From positions 3,596,001-3,660,000 of the forward strand of contig OZ231126.1 in the NCBI GenBank assembly GCA_965153355.1: 64,000 nucleotides of DNA, given 5' to 3'. The DNA comes from Flaccisagitta enflata (lineage: Eukaryota). The first letter of the stretch is position 1, and every line of letters starts with the position of its first letter. This document shows positions 12,777 to 24,097 of the stretch, in pieces. A model generated the notes under the pieces. That model worked only from the letters and a program-made list of their open reading frames with translations, was not told the DNA's origin and searched no databases. A program made the position numbers and the translations under genes.

Positions 12777-13676
12777 CAGGCCTGCATATTCTTGACTTCC
12801 CTCCCCCCGGTGGGGAGGGGGAAATCAAAGAGGGAAAAAAGAGAAAAAAGAAAATTGGGGGAAAATTTAACTTTTGGCAGTACCAAATCATAAATACTGA
12901 TTAGTAAAACACTAAAACATAATTTAACCCTTAAGACAGCGTCCCCTCGAAGACAACATTTGTGTTTCAAAGAGGGTAAAAATTGAAATTATGAATGAAT
13001 GAAAATAGAAAAACAAGTCAATGAGAGTGATTCAGATAGCTCAGACACTATATTTAAAAGAAAAATTTGCATTTATTTTGCAAGAAAAATCAAGTTTAGC
13101 CAACATTACTAAAAAAATTTTTTTGAAAATTTCTACTTTTTTTACTTTTGGTCACTGACAAGGTCCTGGTCTAAATTCTTAATTTGCATAGAAAATGAAA
13201 AAATGAAAAAACAAAGGACATAGTTCTCTTCCCAAATTGATTACAGAGAGAACTATGTTTTTCAAAATGCAAAATTTACCTGTTTATGGCTTTCTTAGAA
13301 TTTAGACCACAGAAAATGAAAAAAAGTGTACAAGCAGAAATTTGCTAAAAAACATCATTTTCCTGCTTGTTTTCATTTGAAATGCATAGTTCAAATTACT
13401 TTTTTGGTCAGAATATGATGATAAGGTATACACCAAGTGTCTTTAGAGACAATTTGTCTACTAAAAGCATTCCAGCTTCATCATTGTCTTGATAATGATG
13501 CAAAAAGTATGGTGAAACACTTAATTTTCCCTCGAAAATTCGCCGTCTTAACTACACTGTTTGACTGCCTTATGGGGAAGAAAATCATAGATTTTTGCAA
13601 CGCGACGCGACACGGGGAAGAAAATCAAAGGCGGGGGGGGGGGGAATCAAAAGCGACTCAAGAATATACACCCCTG
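12777..13676 (+). mobile_element. hAT-like MITE with 8-bp TSD, carrying a nested element
   Basis: CAGGCCTGCATATTCTTGA ... TCAAGAATATACACCCCTG; TSD AAACTGCA at 12769-12776 and 13677-13684; shorter uninterrupted copy at 63685-63999. Confidence 0.85.
12935..13547 (+). mobile_element. 613-bp element with GAC(A/G)GCG termini and 4-bp TSD (Kolobok/Sola-like)
   Basis: TTAA-GACAGCG ... CGCCGTC-TTAA; second copy 60966-61576 flanked by ATAA. Confidence 0.75.
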
Positions 13677-14306
13677 AAACTGCATCAAAGGCAATTGGGA
13701 GGAACTCGAGGTTGAGCTCCAAAGCCTGCTTATTGACCCACGGGAAAAATACAAATGGCTAATATCAATAAAAGTTCCGCCAAATGGGATGGAAAAGCGA
13801 AAATTTCCAAGCTCTTGCCAGTTGCCACAAGGGTCAAGAATGCACTTATGATCCAATTGAGAAACAGACCAACTGGGATGACAAATTTTTCTTTTGATTC
13901 AAAGGAGCTTTGGCTCAAATCTTGGTTGCAATGAGGACGCAATCGAAAATTGTTGTTTGTTTGTTTTTTTTCCCTTTTTTTTTTTTTTTTTGCAAATCTG
14001 CACTGTATCTCCATCATGAAAATATACCACGTGCTTGGTGTTGACGGTTAAAGGATGTTGATCATTGACGACTACGCACTGGTCAGCGTCACTGGTGTAA
14101 AAGAATAACAAATGGGTAAATGATCACTGGGAATGATGGAATGATCCGACGGATAAAGAGCTAACAATGATCGAAGCTATAATTACTCCACGGTAATATT
14201 TATCACATTCTTCCATAGCATCAATAGAGTCCCGCCATGCTGCTTATACAGTTTTTCATCCCCTACACAGCTTGACGCCGCTCTAAGGTAATTAAATTTG
14301 TGCTAA

Positions 14307-14895
14307 CACCCCTGACAAAACTGGGAACATATGTCATAAGGAGTGAAATATTGGCCCCGGCTCTACAAGATTTGAAATAGAAATAGCAAAAATATCATAC
14401 TTTGACATAGTAAAGCAACCGAGAGGAATTGTTCATCGGTAGAAGGGTGAGAAGGTAATAAGTCAGAAATGGCAAATTAGGTTTTTTACTAATTTTCCCC
14501 ACAATACTTTTACATAAAGAAGGTACGTATTTATATTTACAGCTGTTTTTCGTGGTCTGTACCCAGGCCATTTGACTTTGATGGCTGGAGACTTACTACT
14601 TAAATGATTCTAAGGAAATGGGGCCAAGAAAAGGACAGGGGCGACCCTTAAAACTAATAGAATTGTGCTCTAAGTAAATTACTAATAATGGACAAAGTGC
14701 GACCGTCTCTTGTCAGAAAATGATGTTATAATGACTTGAATAGGCTTTAAACCTAGTATTTGAATAATTTTTGACGTAACTTGAATCGAATTTACACCAG
14801 AGTGTGTGGAAATATCCCATAGTGACATTCAAATCATTTTGTCACAGTCAAATGAATGAAACTCAACCTCAGTTCGCCTAATTTTGTCAGGGGTG
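14307..14895. mobile_element. TIR element with CAC termini
   Basis: CACCCCTGACAAAA ... TTTTGTCAGGGGTG; absent from the paralogous segment at about 62960; TSD unclear. Confidence 0.7.
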
Positions 14896-14989
14896 TTCTG
14901 ACCAACTTAGTGGCTTAGGACAACGTTGATAACGACAACGACGAGCATGACTAGGGATTTTATGACATTTAAATTCAAATGCGTTTGCC

Positions 14990-15124
14990 ATTTGTCAGGC
15001 TGTCAGTTGTCAGCTGTCAGCTGTCAGCTGCAATCTTGCAACTCCTTTTGTAAAAAAAAACATTCCTCTCTCAGTTCCCACAAATGAAATATTTTCTTAT
15101 CACGTAGAAAGATGTATATAAAAG
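14990..15124 (+). promoter_or_regulatory. Putative core promoter: tandem CAGCTG E-boxes and TATA box
   Basis: TGTCAGCTGTCAGCTGTCAGCTG at about 15008-15030; TATATAAAAG at 15115-15124, about 100 bp upstream of a strong donor site. Confidence 0.5.
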
Positions 15125-15144
15125 CCCGCAAAATTATTCTCATG

Positions 15145-15221
15145 ATATTGTCTCTGATGAAAAAAGATCTGAAGAAGAAGAACACCAGCTAAATCAAAAT
15201 TAACACAAAAAGGCAAAAAAG
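15145..15221 (+). other. Putative non-coding first exon of the secreted-peptide gene (start approximate)
   Basis: Downstream of the TATA box; ends AAG|GTGAGT; next acceptor TCTTTACAG at 15623; conserved in the paralog at 63518. Confidence 0.5.
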
Positions 15222-15674
15222 GTGAGTTACCATTAACAAGCCTAATACCTAGGGCAACGATGTGTTCCTTTTATGCATTTTTTAAAGTTACAACAGATTA
15301 TTCTTTCCAAGTCTCAAAGTCATTATTTTTAACTCATTTTGAAGCTCAATCCTTTGCTGTGGTATACTTGATATACGTATACTTATAAATATAAAGACAG
15401 AGTCTGGAATAAAATTGTTACGGCCTGTTACGCTGTGGGAAATGTATTTGTTCGTAGAAACATATTAGCACTTTAGTTTTTGCTCACATTGTTTTACTTA
15501 CACAAAGCCTCTAGCTATTTGCAAATTTCAGTATTTTTTTTTCAACAACACTAGAGCCGATGTCCTAAGCTTTCACACATCTTTTGGGACGTTTAATTTT
15601 GTATTTCACTTTCGTCTTTACAGGTTTTGTCTTCTTTTAATATTCTTCCTTCATACTTTTCAAAGCCCGGGAAA

Positions 15675-15739
15675 ATGTTCGACAAGAAATTGGCCGTTGT
15701 GTTGATTTTCCTTCTCGTCTCAGTCATTATGGCTGAAAG
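15675..15739 (+). CDS. Coding exon 1 of putative secreted peptide precursor: signal peptide MFDKKLAVVLIFLLVSVIMAE
   Basis: Acceptor at 15623, AAAATG start, basic n-region plus hydrophobic h-region, donor AAG|GTAAGA (phase 2). Confidence 0.7.
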
Positions 15740-16064
15740 GTAAGATCAACACTAGGGTGGTCGGGGATAAGGGTAAAATCACATTGCATATATGTATCAA
15801 ATTAGAAGGGTTTCCCACATACACAAGGAGAGGTCTGAGTTTGCAATGCGTCGCGAGGAAGAAAATCAAAGGCAGGGGTGGGAATGAAATCAAAAGCCAC
15901 TCAATTATATACACTACTGTTGATTTCACACCCCAACTAGTGAGAAATCCTTCTTTTATTGTGCAAAGGGTCCAAGTATATCAATGTTTGTAATCTGATC
16001 AAATTCCCAACCACCCTGAGGTAATACCAGGGGTGTATAACTGTATATTATTGAGTCGTTTTGA

Positions 16065-16200
16065 TTCTCTGTCTCTCTGTCTTTCTGCCTCCCTCTGTCT
16101 TTCTACCTCTGTCTTTCTGCCTCTCTCTGTCTCTCTCTGTCTTTCTGTCTCTCTCCGTCTCTCTTTGTCTCTCTCTCTCTCTCTCTCTTTCTCTTTCTCT
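16065..16200. repeat. Degenerate (CT)n/(CTGT)n microsatellite
   Basis: Seen directly. Confidence 0.85.
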
Positions 16201-16476
16201 AAATATTTACGACTTTTTTCCTACGGCGATTAGCCGCCTTTATTGGCAGATGAGCTTCACGAGAGCGCGTGCTAAGAGATTGAACAAAATTAAGCCTTTT
16301 TAGGTAAAGCTGCCTTGTAGTCCTTGTACGTATGTAAAAACAACTGAAAAATAGTCGCAAAAGCGTTAGATGGTCAGCGGTACCCGTTGCCCCAGTGTCT
16401 GTGTATGTGAGTGTGATGGTGAGAGGGGCAGTGGCCCCGAAGGAGCCGGTGACCTAAGCTCAGTAAGTTTGGGAGC

Positions 16477-16845
16477 TTGAGGCTGGAATTTGAGCCTTGC
16501 TGCAAGGATTTGAGCCTTCAAGCTGGGATTTAAGCCTCAAAGCTGGAATTTGAAACTAGAGGCTGGAGTTTGAGCCTTAAGGCTGAAATTTGAGCCTCAA
16601 GGCTGGATTTTGAGCCTCGAGGTTGGTATTTGAGCCTTGAGGCTGGAATTTTAGCCTCCAGGCTGGGATTTGAGCCTCGAGGTTGGAGTTTGAGCCTCAA
16701 GGCTGAAATTTTAACCTCAAGGCTGGAATTTGAACCTCAAGGTTGGTATTTGAGCCTTGAGGCTGGAACTATAGCTTCCAGCCTGGAATTTGTGCCTCGA
16801 GGCTGGAATTTGAGCCTCATGGCTGGAGTTTAAACCTTGAGGCTC
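16477..16845. repeat. 21-bp minisatellite (GAGGCTGGAATTTGAGCCTC-like) inside a MITE/HINE-like host (about 16371-21770)
   Basis: About 17 tandem units; host ends resemble 9027-9462. Confidence 0.8.
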
Positions 16846-16920
16846 AGAAGGGGGGGGGGGACAGACGAGGGAGAAGGAGGAGAAGAAAGAGGAGAAATTT
16901 CCCCTATGTGTGAATGCATA

Positions 16921-19548
16921 CCGTCTGAGGAATAAGTCTCTGTAGAGTTTCATAAAAAGGGCGAATCCGGGGACCCCTATGAAGTTGGGTCTTGAAATGT
17001 GCGTAATACCTTGGGGAACACTAATCCAGGCTTGCTTGACCCAATATCAGGTGCGTGTTCGAATGTCTCAAAAAAAAGTGCCCAAAATGGCCGTTTTTGG
17101 CGTTTTTTTGCCTAAAAACCATCTTAAACTTGGAGTAGAGCCATGAAATTTTAAGTGCACATGTATTAGACCCTAATTGTGCTGTATGTAAAAAATTATG
17201 AGTCTGTGAAAATTTTAAGGTACCTAAAATTTGAAAAAACTGCTTTTTCGCGATTTTCTAAATAAAAAAAAAATTCGTTACCCCCCTAAAAGTTGACCGA
17301 TTTGGACAAAATTTTTACTGGAGGTATTTCACATTATGGACTACCTCCATAAAAATCGGAGCACTTGAAGTACCAAAAATTGCCTTCAAAAATCCAAAAT
17401 TCGGGAAAAAAATACCCAAAAATCGTCTTTGGGCCTGAGACATTGCCATGATATGGCAGGCACCTATGAACCATGGGCTGAAATTCCTTTAGGGGACTCT
17501 TGGTGATGCCCAAAAAAAATTTGGTGGCCCTGAGAGCCTTTTTTGGGTGTCAAATAACAATTTAATGAAGACCGTAAAACAAAAAATCGCGAAAATGGCC
17601 AATTTTAGGCCTCTTTTCAACCTGTAACCTAAAAAAAAGTTGAAAAATGGCCCTGAAATTTCAAATGCACATGTATAAGACCCTACTGAAGCTTTTTTGT
17701 AAACAAATTAAAGTTTTTGAAAATTTCATGGTACCTTAATTTTGAAACAAGGCCAACACCTATAAGTGCGAGACTTACAGACAACACCTATAAGTGCGAG
17801 ACTTACAGACAAAGAGTGACTTAGAATGACTTAGAATGACTTTCAATGACTTAGAATGACCTAAAATGACCAAAATTGACTTAAAATGACTAAAAAAACG
17901 AAAAACCAAAAATAACTTAAAATAACTTAAAATGACTTAAAATGACTTAAAATGACTTAGACTGACTCAAAATGACTTAGAATAACTATAAATGACTTAA
18001 AATGACTTAAAATGACCTGAGAGTTGACGTTATAGTACAAAAAAGTAAAGTGTGACGGACCGACGGACGGACGGACCGACAGACCGACGGACGGACCGAC
18101 AAAGCGGGTTGTAGAGTCGCGTGCACGCGACTAAAAACGGCTATTTCGCGATTTTTTAAACAATAAAAATTTTTGTTACCCCCCTAAAAGTTGACCGATT
18201 TTGACAAAATTTTTACTGGAGGTATTTCACATTATTGACTACCTCCATGTAAAATTTCATCAAAATCGGAGCACTTGAAGTACCCAATATTGCCTTCGAA
18301 AATCCAAAATTCTGGGAAAAAAAACCCAAAAATCGTCTTTGGGCCTGAGACATTGCCATGATATGGCAGGCACCTCTGAACCATGGGCTGAAATTCCTTT
18401 AGGGGACTCTTGGTGATGCCCAAAAAAAATTTGGTGACCCTGAGAGCCTTTTTTGGGTGTAAAATAACAATTTATTGAAGACCGTAAAACCAAAAATCGC
18501 GAAAATGGCCAATTTTAGGCCTCTTTTCAACCTGTAACCTAAAAAAAAGTTGAAAAATGGCCCTGAAATTTCAAATGCACATGTATAAGACCCTACTGAA
18601 GCTTTTTTGTAAACAAATAAAAGTTTTTGAAAATTTTATGGTGCCTTAATTTTGAAAAATCGGCTATTTCGCGATTTTTAAAAAGAAAAAAAAAGCTGTT
18701 ACCCCCCTAAAAGTTGACCGATTCAGACAAAATTTTTACTGGAGGTATTTCACATTATGGACTACCTCCATGTAAAATTTCATCAAAATCGGAGCACTTT
18801 AAGTACCCAATATTGCCTCCGAAAATCAAAAATTCTGGAAAAAAAAACCCAAAAATCGTCTTTGGGCCTGAGACATTGCCATGATATGGCAGGCACCTAT
18901 GAACCATGGGCTGAAATTCCTTTAGGGGACTCTTGGTGATGCCCAAAAAAAATTTGGTGACCCTGAGAGCCTTTTTTGGGTGTCAAATAACAATTTATTG
19001 AAGACCGTAAAACCAAAAATCGCGAAAATGGTCAATTTTAGGCCTCTTTTCAACCTGTAACTTAAAAAAAGTTGAAAAATGGCCCTGAAATTTCAAATGC
19101 ACATGTGTAAGATCCTACTGAAGGTTTTTTGTAAACAAATTAAAGTTTTTGAAAATTTTATGGTACCTTAATTTTGAAAAAACGGCTATTTCGCGATTTT
19201 TAAAAAGAAAAAAAAAGCCGTTACCCCCCTAAAAGTTGACCGATTTTGACAAAATTTTTACTGGGGATACTTCATATCATGAATTACCTCCATGTAAAAT
19301 TTCATCAAAATCGGAGCACTTTAAGTACCCAAAACAGCCTTCGAAAATCCAATATTCGCCCAAAAATACCCAAAAAATTGTCTTTGAGCCTGAGATATTG
19401 CCAAAATGTGGCAGGCACCTGTGAACCATGGGCTGAAATTCCTTTAGGGAACTTTTGGTGATGCTCCGAAAAAATTTGGTGACCCTGAAAGCCTTTTTTG
19501 GGTGTCAAATAATGATTGTGAAGTGCAATTACTCACCCTTCTCTCTCA

Positions 19549-19617
<69 letters not shown>

Positions 19618-21734
19618 TTTTCCCAGCTACCCCCCCATTGGTAGCCCTGGCTCTGGTCTTTGATATTGGATTTTCGAAGGAAATTTTGGGTACTTAAAGT
19701 GCTCCGATTTTGATGAAATTTTACATGGAGGTAATTCATGATATGAGGTATCCCCAGTAAAAATTTTTTCAAAATCGGTCAACTTTTAGGGGGGTAACGA
19801 AATTTTTTTTTCGTTTAAAAAATCGCGAAATAGCCGTTTTTTCAAAAGTAAGGTACCATAAAATTTTCAAAAACTTTTATTTGTTTACAAAAAAGCTTCA
19901 GTAGGGTCTTATACATGTGCATTTGAAATTTCAGGGCCATTTTTCAACTTTTTTTTAGGTTAGAGGTTGAAAAGAGGCCTAAAATTGGCCATTTTCGCGA
20001 TTTTTGGTTTTACGGTCTTCAATACATTGTTATTTGACACCCAAAAAAGGCTCTCAGGGTCACCAAATTTTTTTTGGGCATCACCAAGAGTCCCCTAAAG
20101 GAATTTCAGCCCATGGTTCATAGGTGCCTGCCATATCATGGCAATGTCTCAGGCCCAAAGACGATTTTTGGTTTTTTTTTTCCAGAATTTTGGATTTTCG
20201 AAGGCAATATTGGGTACTTCAAGTGATCCGATTTTTATGAAATTTTACATGGAGGTAGTCCATAATGTGAAATACCTCCAGTAAAAATTTTGTCTGAATT
20301 GGTCAACTTTTTGGGGGGTAACAGCTTTTTTTTTCTTTTTAAAAATCGCGAAATAGCCGATTTTTCAAAATTAAGGTACCATAAAACTTTCAAAAACTTT
20401 TATTTGTTTACAAAAAAGCTTCAGTAGGGTCTTATACATGTGCATTTGAAATTTCAGGGCCATTTTTCAACTTTTTTTTAAGTTACAGGTTGAAAAGAGG
20501 CCTAAACTTGGCCATTTTCGCAATTTTTTGTTTTACGGTCTTCAATAAATTGTTATTTGACACCCAAAAAAGGCTCTCAAGGTCACCAAATTTTTTTGGG
20601 GCATCACCAAGAGTCCCCTAAAGGAATTTCAGCCCATGGTTTATAGGTGCCTGCCATATCATGGCAATGTCTCAGGCCCAAAGACAATTTTTGGGTTTTT
20701 TTTTCCAGAATTTTGGATTTTCGAAGGCAATTTTTGGTACTTCAAGTGCTCCGATTTTTATGAAATTTTACATGGAGGTAGTCAATAATGTGAAATACCT
20801 CCAGTAAAAATTTTGTCAAAATCGGTCAATTTTTAGGGGGGTAACGGTTTTTTTTTTCGTTTAAAAAATCGCGAAATAGCCGTTTTTTAAAAATTAAGGT
20901 ACCATAAAATTTTCAAAAACTTTTATTTGTTTACAAAAAAGCTTCAGTAGGGTCTTATACATGTGCATTTGAAATTTCAGGGCCATTTTTCAACTTTTTT
21001 TTAGGTTACAGGTTGAAAAGAGGCCTAAAATTGGCCATTTTCGCGATTTTTTGTTTTACGGTCTTCATTAAATTGTTATTTGACACCCAAAAAAGGCTCT
21101 CAGGGCCACCAAATTTTTTTTGGGCATCACCAAGAGTCCCCTAAAGGAATTTCAGCCCATGGTTTATAGGTGCCTGCCATATCATGGCAATGTCTCAGGC
21201 CCAAAGACGATTTTTGGGTATTTTTTTCCAGAATTTTGGATTTTTGAAGGCAATTTTTGGTACTTCAAGTGCTCCGATTTTGATGAAATTTTACATGGAG
21301 GTAGTCCATAATGTGAAATACCTCCAGTAAAAATTTTGTCCAAATCGGTCAACTTTTAGGGGGGTAACGAAATTTTTTTTTGTTTAGAAAATCGCGAAAA
21401 AGCAGTTTTTTCAAATTTTAGGTACCTTAAAATTTTCACAGCCTCATAATTTTTTACATGCAGCTCAATTAGGGTCTAATACATGTGCATGTAAAATTTC
21501 ATGGCTCTACTCCAAGTTTAAGATGGTTTTTAGGCAAAAAAACGCCAAAAACGGCCATTTTGGGCACTTTTTTTTGAGACATTCGAACACGCACCTGATA
21601 TTGGGTCAAGCAAGCCTGGATTAGTGTTCCCCAAAGTATTACGCACATTTCAAGACCCAACTTCATAGGGGTCCCCGGACTCGCCCTTTTGACCCCTCCA
21701 AACTTTGAGCTAGAAAGTCTTATTCCTCAGACGG
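16921..21734. mobile_element. 4.8-kb foldback-type element: long inverted arms built from ~522-bp tandem units
   Basis: Termini CCGTCTGAGGAATAAG / CTTATTCCTCAGACGG, CATA on both flanks; arms about 16960-19510 and 19665-21690 are reverse complements; central (CT)n spacer. Confidence 0.85.
17746..18136 (-). mobile_element. HINE inserted in the left foldback arm
   Basis: AACAAGGCCAACACCTATAAGT ... (AAATGACTTA)n ... AGTCGCGTGCACGCGACTAAAA; sister units have the empty TTTGAAAAA site. Confidence 0.8.
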
Positions 21735-21861
21735 CATAGGTCATCGGCCCCTTCAGGGCCTCTGCCCAATCATAGATTCACCTTCGAATATTATACTTGA
21801 TTGTCGGCATGGCGTACTATTCCTGCCCTAATAACATTTTTGATTCATTTCTTTTTTCCAG

Positions 21862-21923
21862 ATTTGACGCTCGTCAGGCGAATGTGAATCTGGGGAAAAG
21901 GAGAGCAGAAACTCCAAAACGTG
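21862..21923 (+). CDS. Coding exon 2 of putative peptide precursor: (R)FDARQANVNLGKRRAETPKR(G)
   Basis: TTTCTTTTTTCCAG acceptor; phase 2 matches exon 1; contains a G-K-R-R amidation/cleavage motif; donor weak (GTACTA, or GTGGTA at 21921, both phase 1). Confidence 0.6.
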
Positions 21924-21930
21924 GTACTAC

Positions 21931-22778
21931 TTTTTTAGTCACGTGCACGCGACTCTACAACCCGCTCTGTCCGTCTGACGGTCTGTTGGTCGGCTGGTCG
22001 GTCCATAACTTTTTACTTTTTTTTTTCATCATTATATGTTATTAAAAGCCATTTTCATTCATTTGAAATTATTTAAAGACAGTTAGATTTAGTCTTTTGG
22101 TCTTTTTGTCTTTTAATCTAACAGTTAGCAGGGTCCAGAAATGTATAAAAAGTGTGATCTAATTCTATCCACTTGTCGCAAGACCAATTTTAGGGTGGGG
22201 AATCAGCTCAAATCACCAAAAAAATTCTCTGGTCAAAATTTGGGACGCTACTGCTGCATATCTCAGGTCAGAAGGCCATATTAGGTCAAAATGTGGGAAT
22301 TATGAAAATCTGATTGCAGATTCAGAATCTTTGCAAAAAAAGCAAACAGAAACAGCTCTTCTTCTTTAGATATTCCAACTAGAACATGATTTGATATAAC
22401 TTCAAAGGTCATATTCAAGTCAAATTTGCTCTTTTGTTTGAAATCTTTTTTTTTAAGCACTTGATGATAATTTTGACTGCGTTTCAGATAGAATATCAAA
22501 AAAAGCACATCTTTATGTAGTTTTTTTGCAAGGATTCTGAATCTGCAATCAGATTTTCAAAATTCCAATTTTGAAATTTTAACCATTTATAGCTTTTTGA
22601 CCTAAGATATGCAGCGGTAGCGTCCCAAATCTTGGCCAGAGAATTTTTTCGATGGTCTGAGCTGATTCCCTCTCGTGACAAGTGGATGATATTCGATCAT
22701 ACTTTTTATACATCTCTGGACATTGTTAATCTTATGGCCTTAACAATCGCACGCGGCTGTAAGGTGTTGGCCTTGTTG
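21931..22778 (+). mobile_element. HINE containing a nested palindromic MITE (22129-22725)
   Basis: TTTTTTAGTCACGTGCACGCGACT ... GCACGCGGCTGTAAGGTGTTGGCCTTGTT; inner element GTCCAGAAATGTATAAAAAGT ... ACTTTTTATACATCTCTGGAC. Confidence 0.7.
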
Positions 22779-22860
22779 GTCAAGAAAAAAAATCATATTG
22801 TTCCGCTAAGTAAATCCGTTACTTAAGAGAGAGATCCCTTCCCATTTTCTTTATATTCAG

Positions 22861-22944
22861 GGAATGTGCTTTTGGAGAGACTAACGAAGGGGTTGAATGA
22901 GCTAAAGTTGAAGAGAAGGCAGCACATGGTCATGAACCTTCGCG
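22861..22944 (+). CDS. Coding exon 3 of putative peptide precursor: NVLLERLTKGLNELKLKRRQHMVMNLR
   Basis: CCCATTTTCTTTATATTCAG acceptor, CG|GTATGT donor; phase 1 frame is open and matches exon 2. Confidence 0.6.
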
Positions 22945-23047
22945 GTATGTTAATGGCTTGACCACACAGAAGTTTCACGATGAAAGAATCATTTCTGAGC
23001 TTCAAAAAAACCTCTTTGAAACCTGGTTTTTGATATGCTCATGCATG

Positions 23048-24097
23048 TAGGGGACGCCACGTCCACCACGTCCATGGACGTGGTACAGAGGTACCGATTC
23101 TGTGTAGCATGGAAGCAATGCTACGCGGCAGACAAGCGTCAAAGTGCGGTAGATGTGGCTAAGAAGCAGGGGGGCAGACGCTTAAGCGGGAATCACGGGG
23201 GAGATGGATGGAATGATTGTAATGAGGAAAGAACAGAATGCCAGATTTTCGATTTCGCGCAACTGCTTGCCTCGGTGGATATAATGCTCATTTGCATATT
23301 GCAGCAAATTGTTTTATGCATGCCTCTCAAAGCTCTTAAAACCATAATTGTAGTCGTTCAAAATGTCAAACATTTTCTTTTTTTCTAAGGCCGAGCAAAG
23401 GCCCAATAATTTTGTAATAACAGTGCAAAATGGCGAATCTTTCAAAGAAAGGTTGACTGTCAAACATGATTGCGTTTTGTTCAAAGGGATGTTGAGGATG
23501 AAAAAATTTCTTGACTTTAGTCAAGAAATTTAGAAGTAAAATCTTGCATAGATGGTTAATACTTCTCCATTAGTATGGGTGCGCGTGTGGCCCCAAAACA
23601 TAGCTTGACTCGCTCATGAGCCATGGCCCATGTTCAATTGGTGTCTGAGCCTTTGATGAAAAGGGTTGTTGAGCATTTCAAATAAATAAGGGATGAAGAA
23701 ATTTTATACACAGTTCAGAGCCAATATACGAGCTTGTGAAATTTTCACTGAAAAACGCGGCAGCTTGTACTGAATTTCCTTTGCTACGCGGCAGGCTAGC
23801 AAAATCGGCACCTCTGACGTGGTTTAAGTCGGTCTTGAAAACTAAGTCGGACTTGAATAAGGAGTGATTCCATATTGAAAAATTTGAAATTTTCTTGAAA
23901 AACTGTTTAAAAAGAGAAAAATTGAATTAAGTTTGTTTGAAATATCACAAAAAAGTCTCTGGATAGAAGATGTTTATTCATGAATGATGCAAAAAGTCAA
24001 AAAATTAATATTTTTTCTTAGTTTTTTCCTTTTTTTGAGTAAGTTGGTCTTGATTCTGACTCGGTCATGAAATGCTTAGTGGACGTGAACTCCCCTA
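23048..24097. mobile_element. hAT-like element with nested hAT-like MITE (23086-23816)
   Basis: Outer TAGGGGA..CACGTCCAC inverted ends, TSD CATGCATG/CATCCATG; inner CAGAGGTACCGATT ... AATCGGCACCTCTG, TSD ACGTGGTA/ACGTGGTT. Confidence 0.65.

Larger units (their letters stand above)
11880..13934 (+). pseudogene. Possible decayed coding sequence of unknown identity, split by two TIR insertions
   Basis: Reading frame rejoins across the 12777-13676 insertion (...RDVLRNC|IKGNWEELEVELQSLL...) and across a 7-bp GCGAATG duplication at about 12670; also contains stops and frameshifts. Confidence 0.3.

Noticed and set aside
18232-21311. Repeated 63-aa ORF MGITKSPLKEF...
   Set aside because: Non-ATG chance ORF in the foldback tandem unit; no recognisable domain
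23390-23408. Alternative last exon (G)RAKAQ*, which would amidate QHMVMNLR
   Set aside because: AAG acceptor located inside a hAT-like MITE; attractive but unsupported
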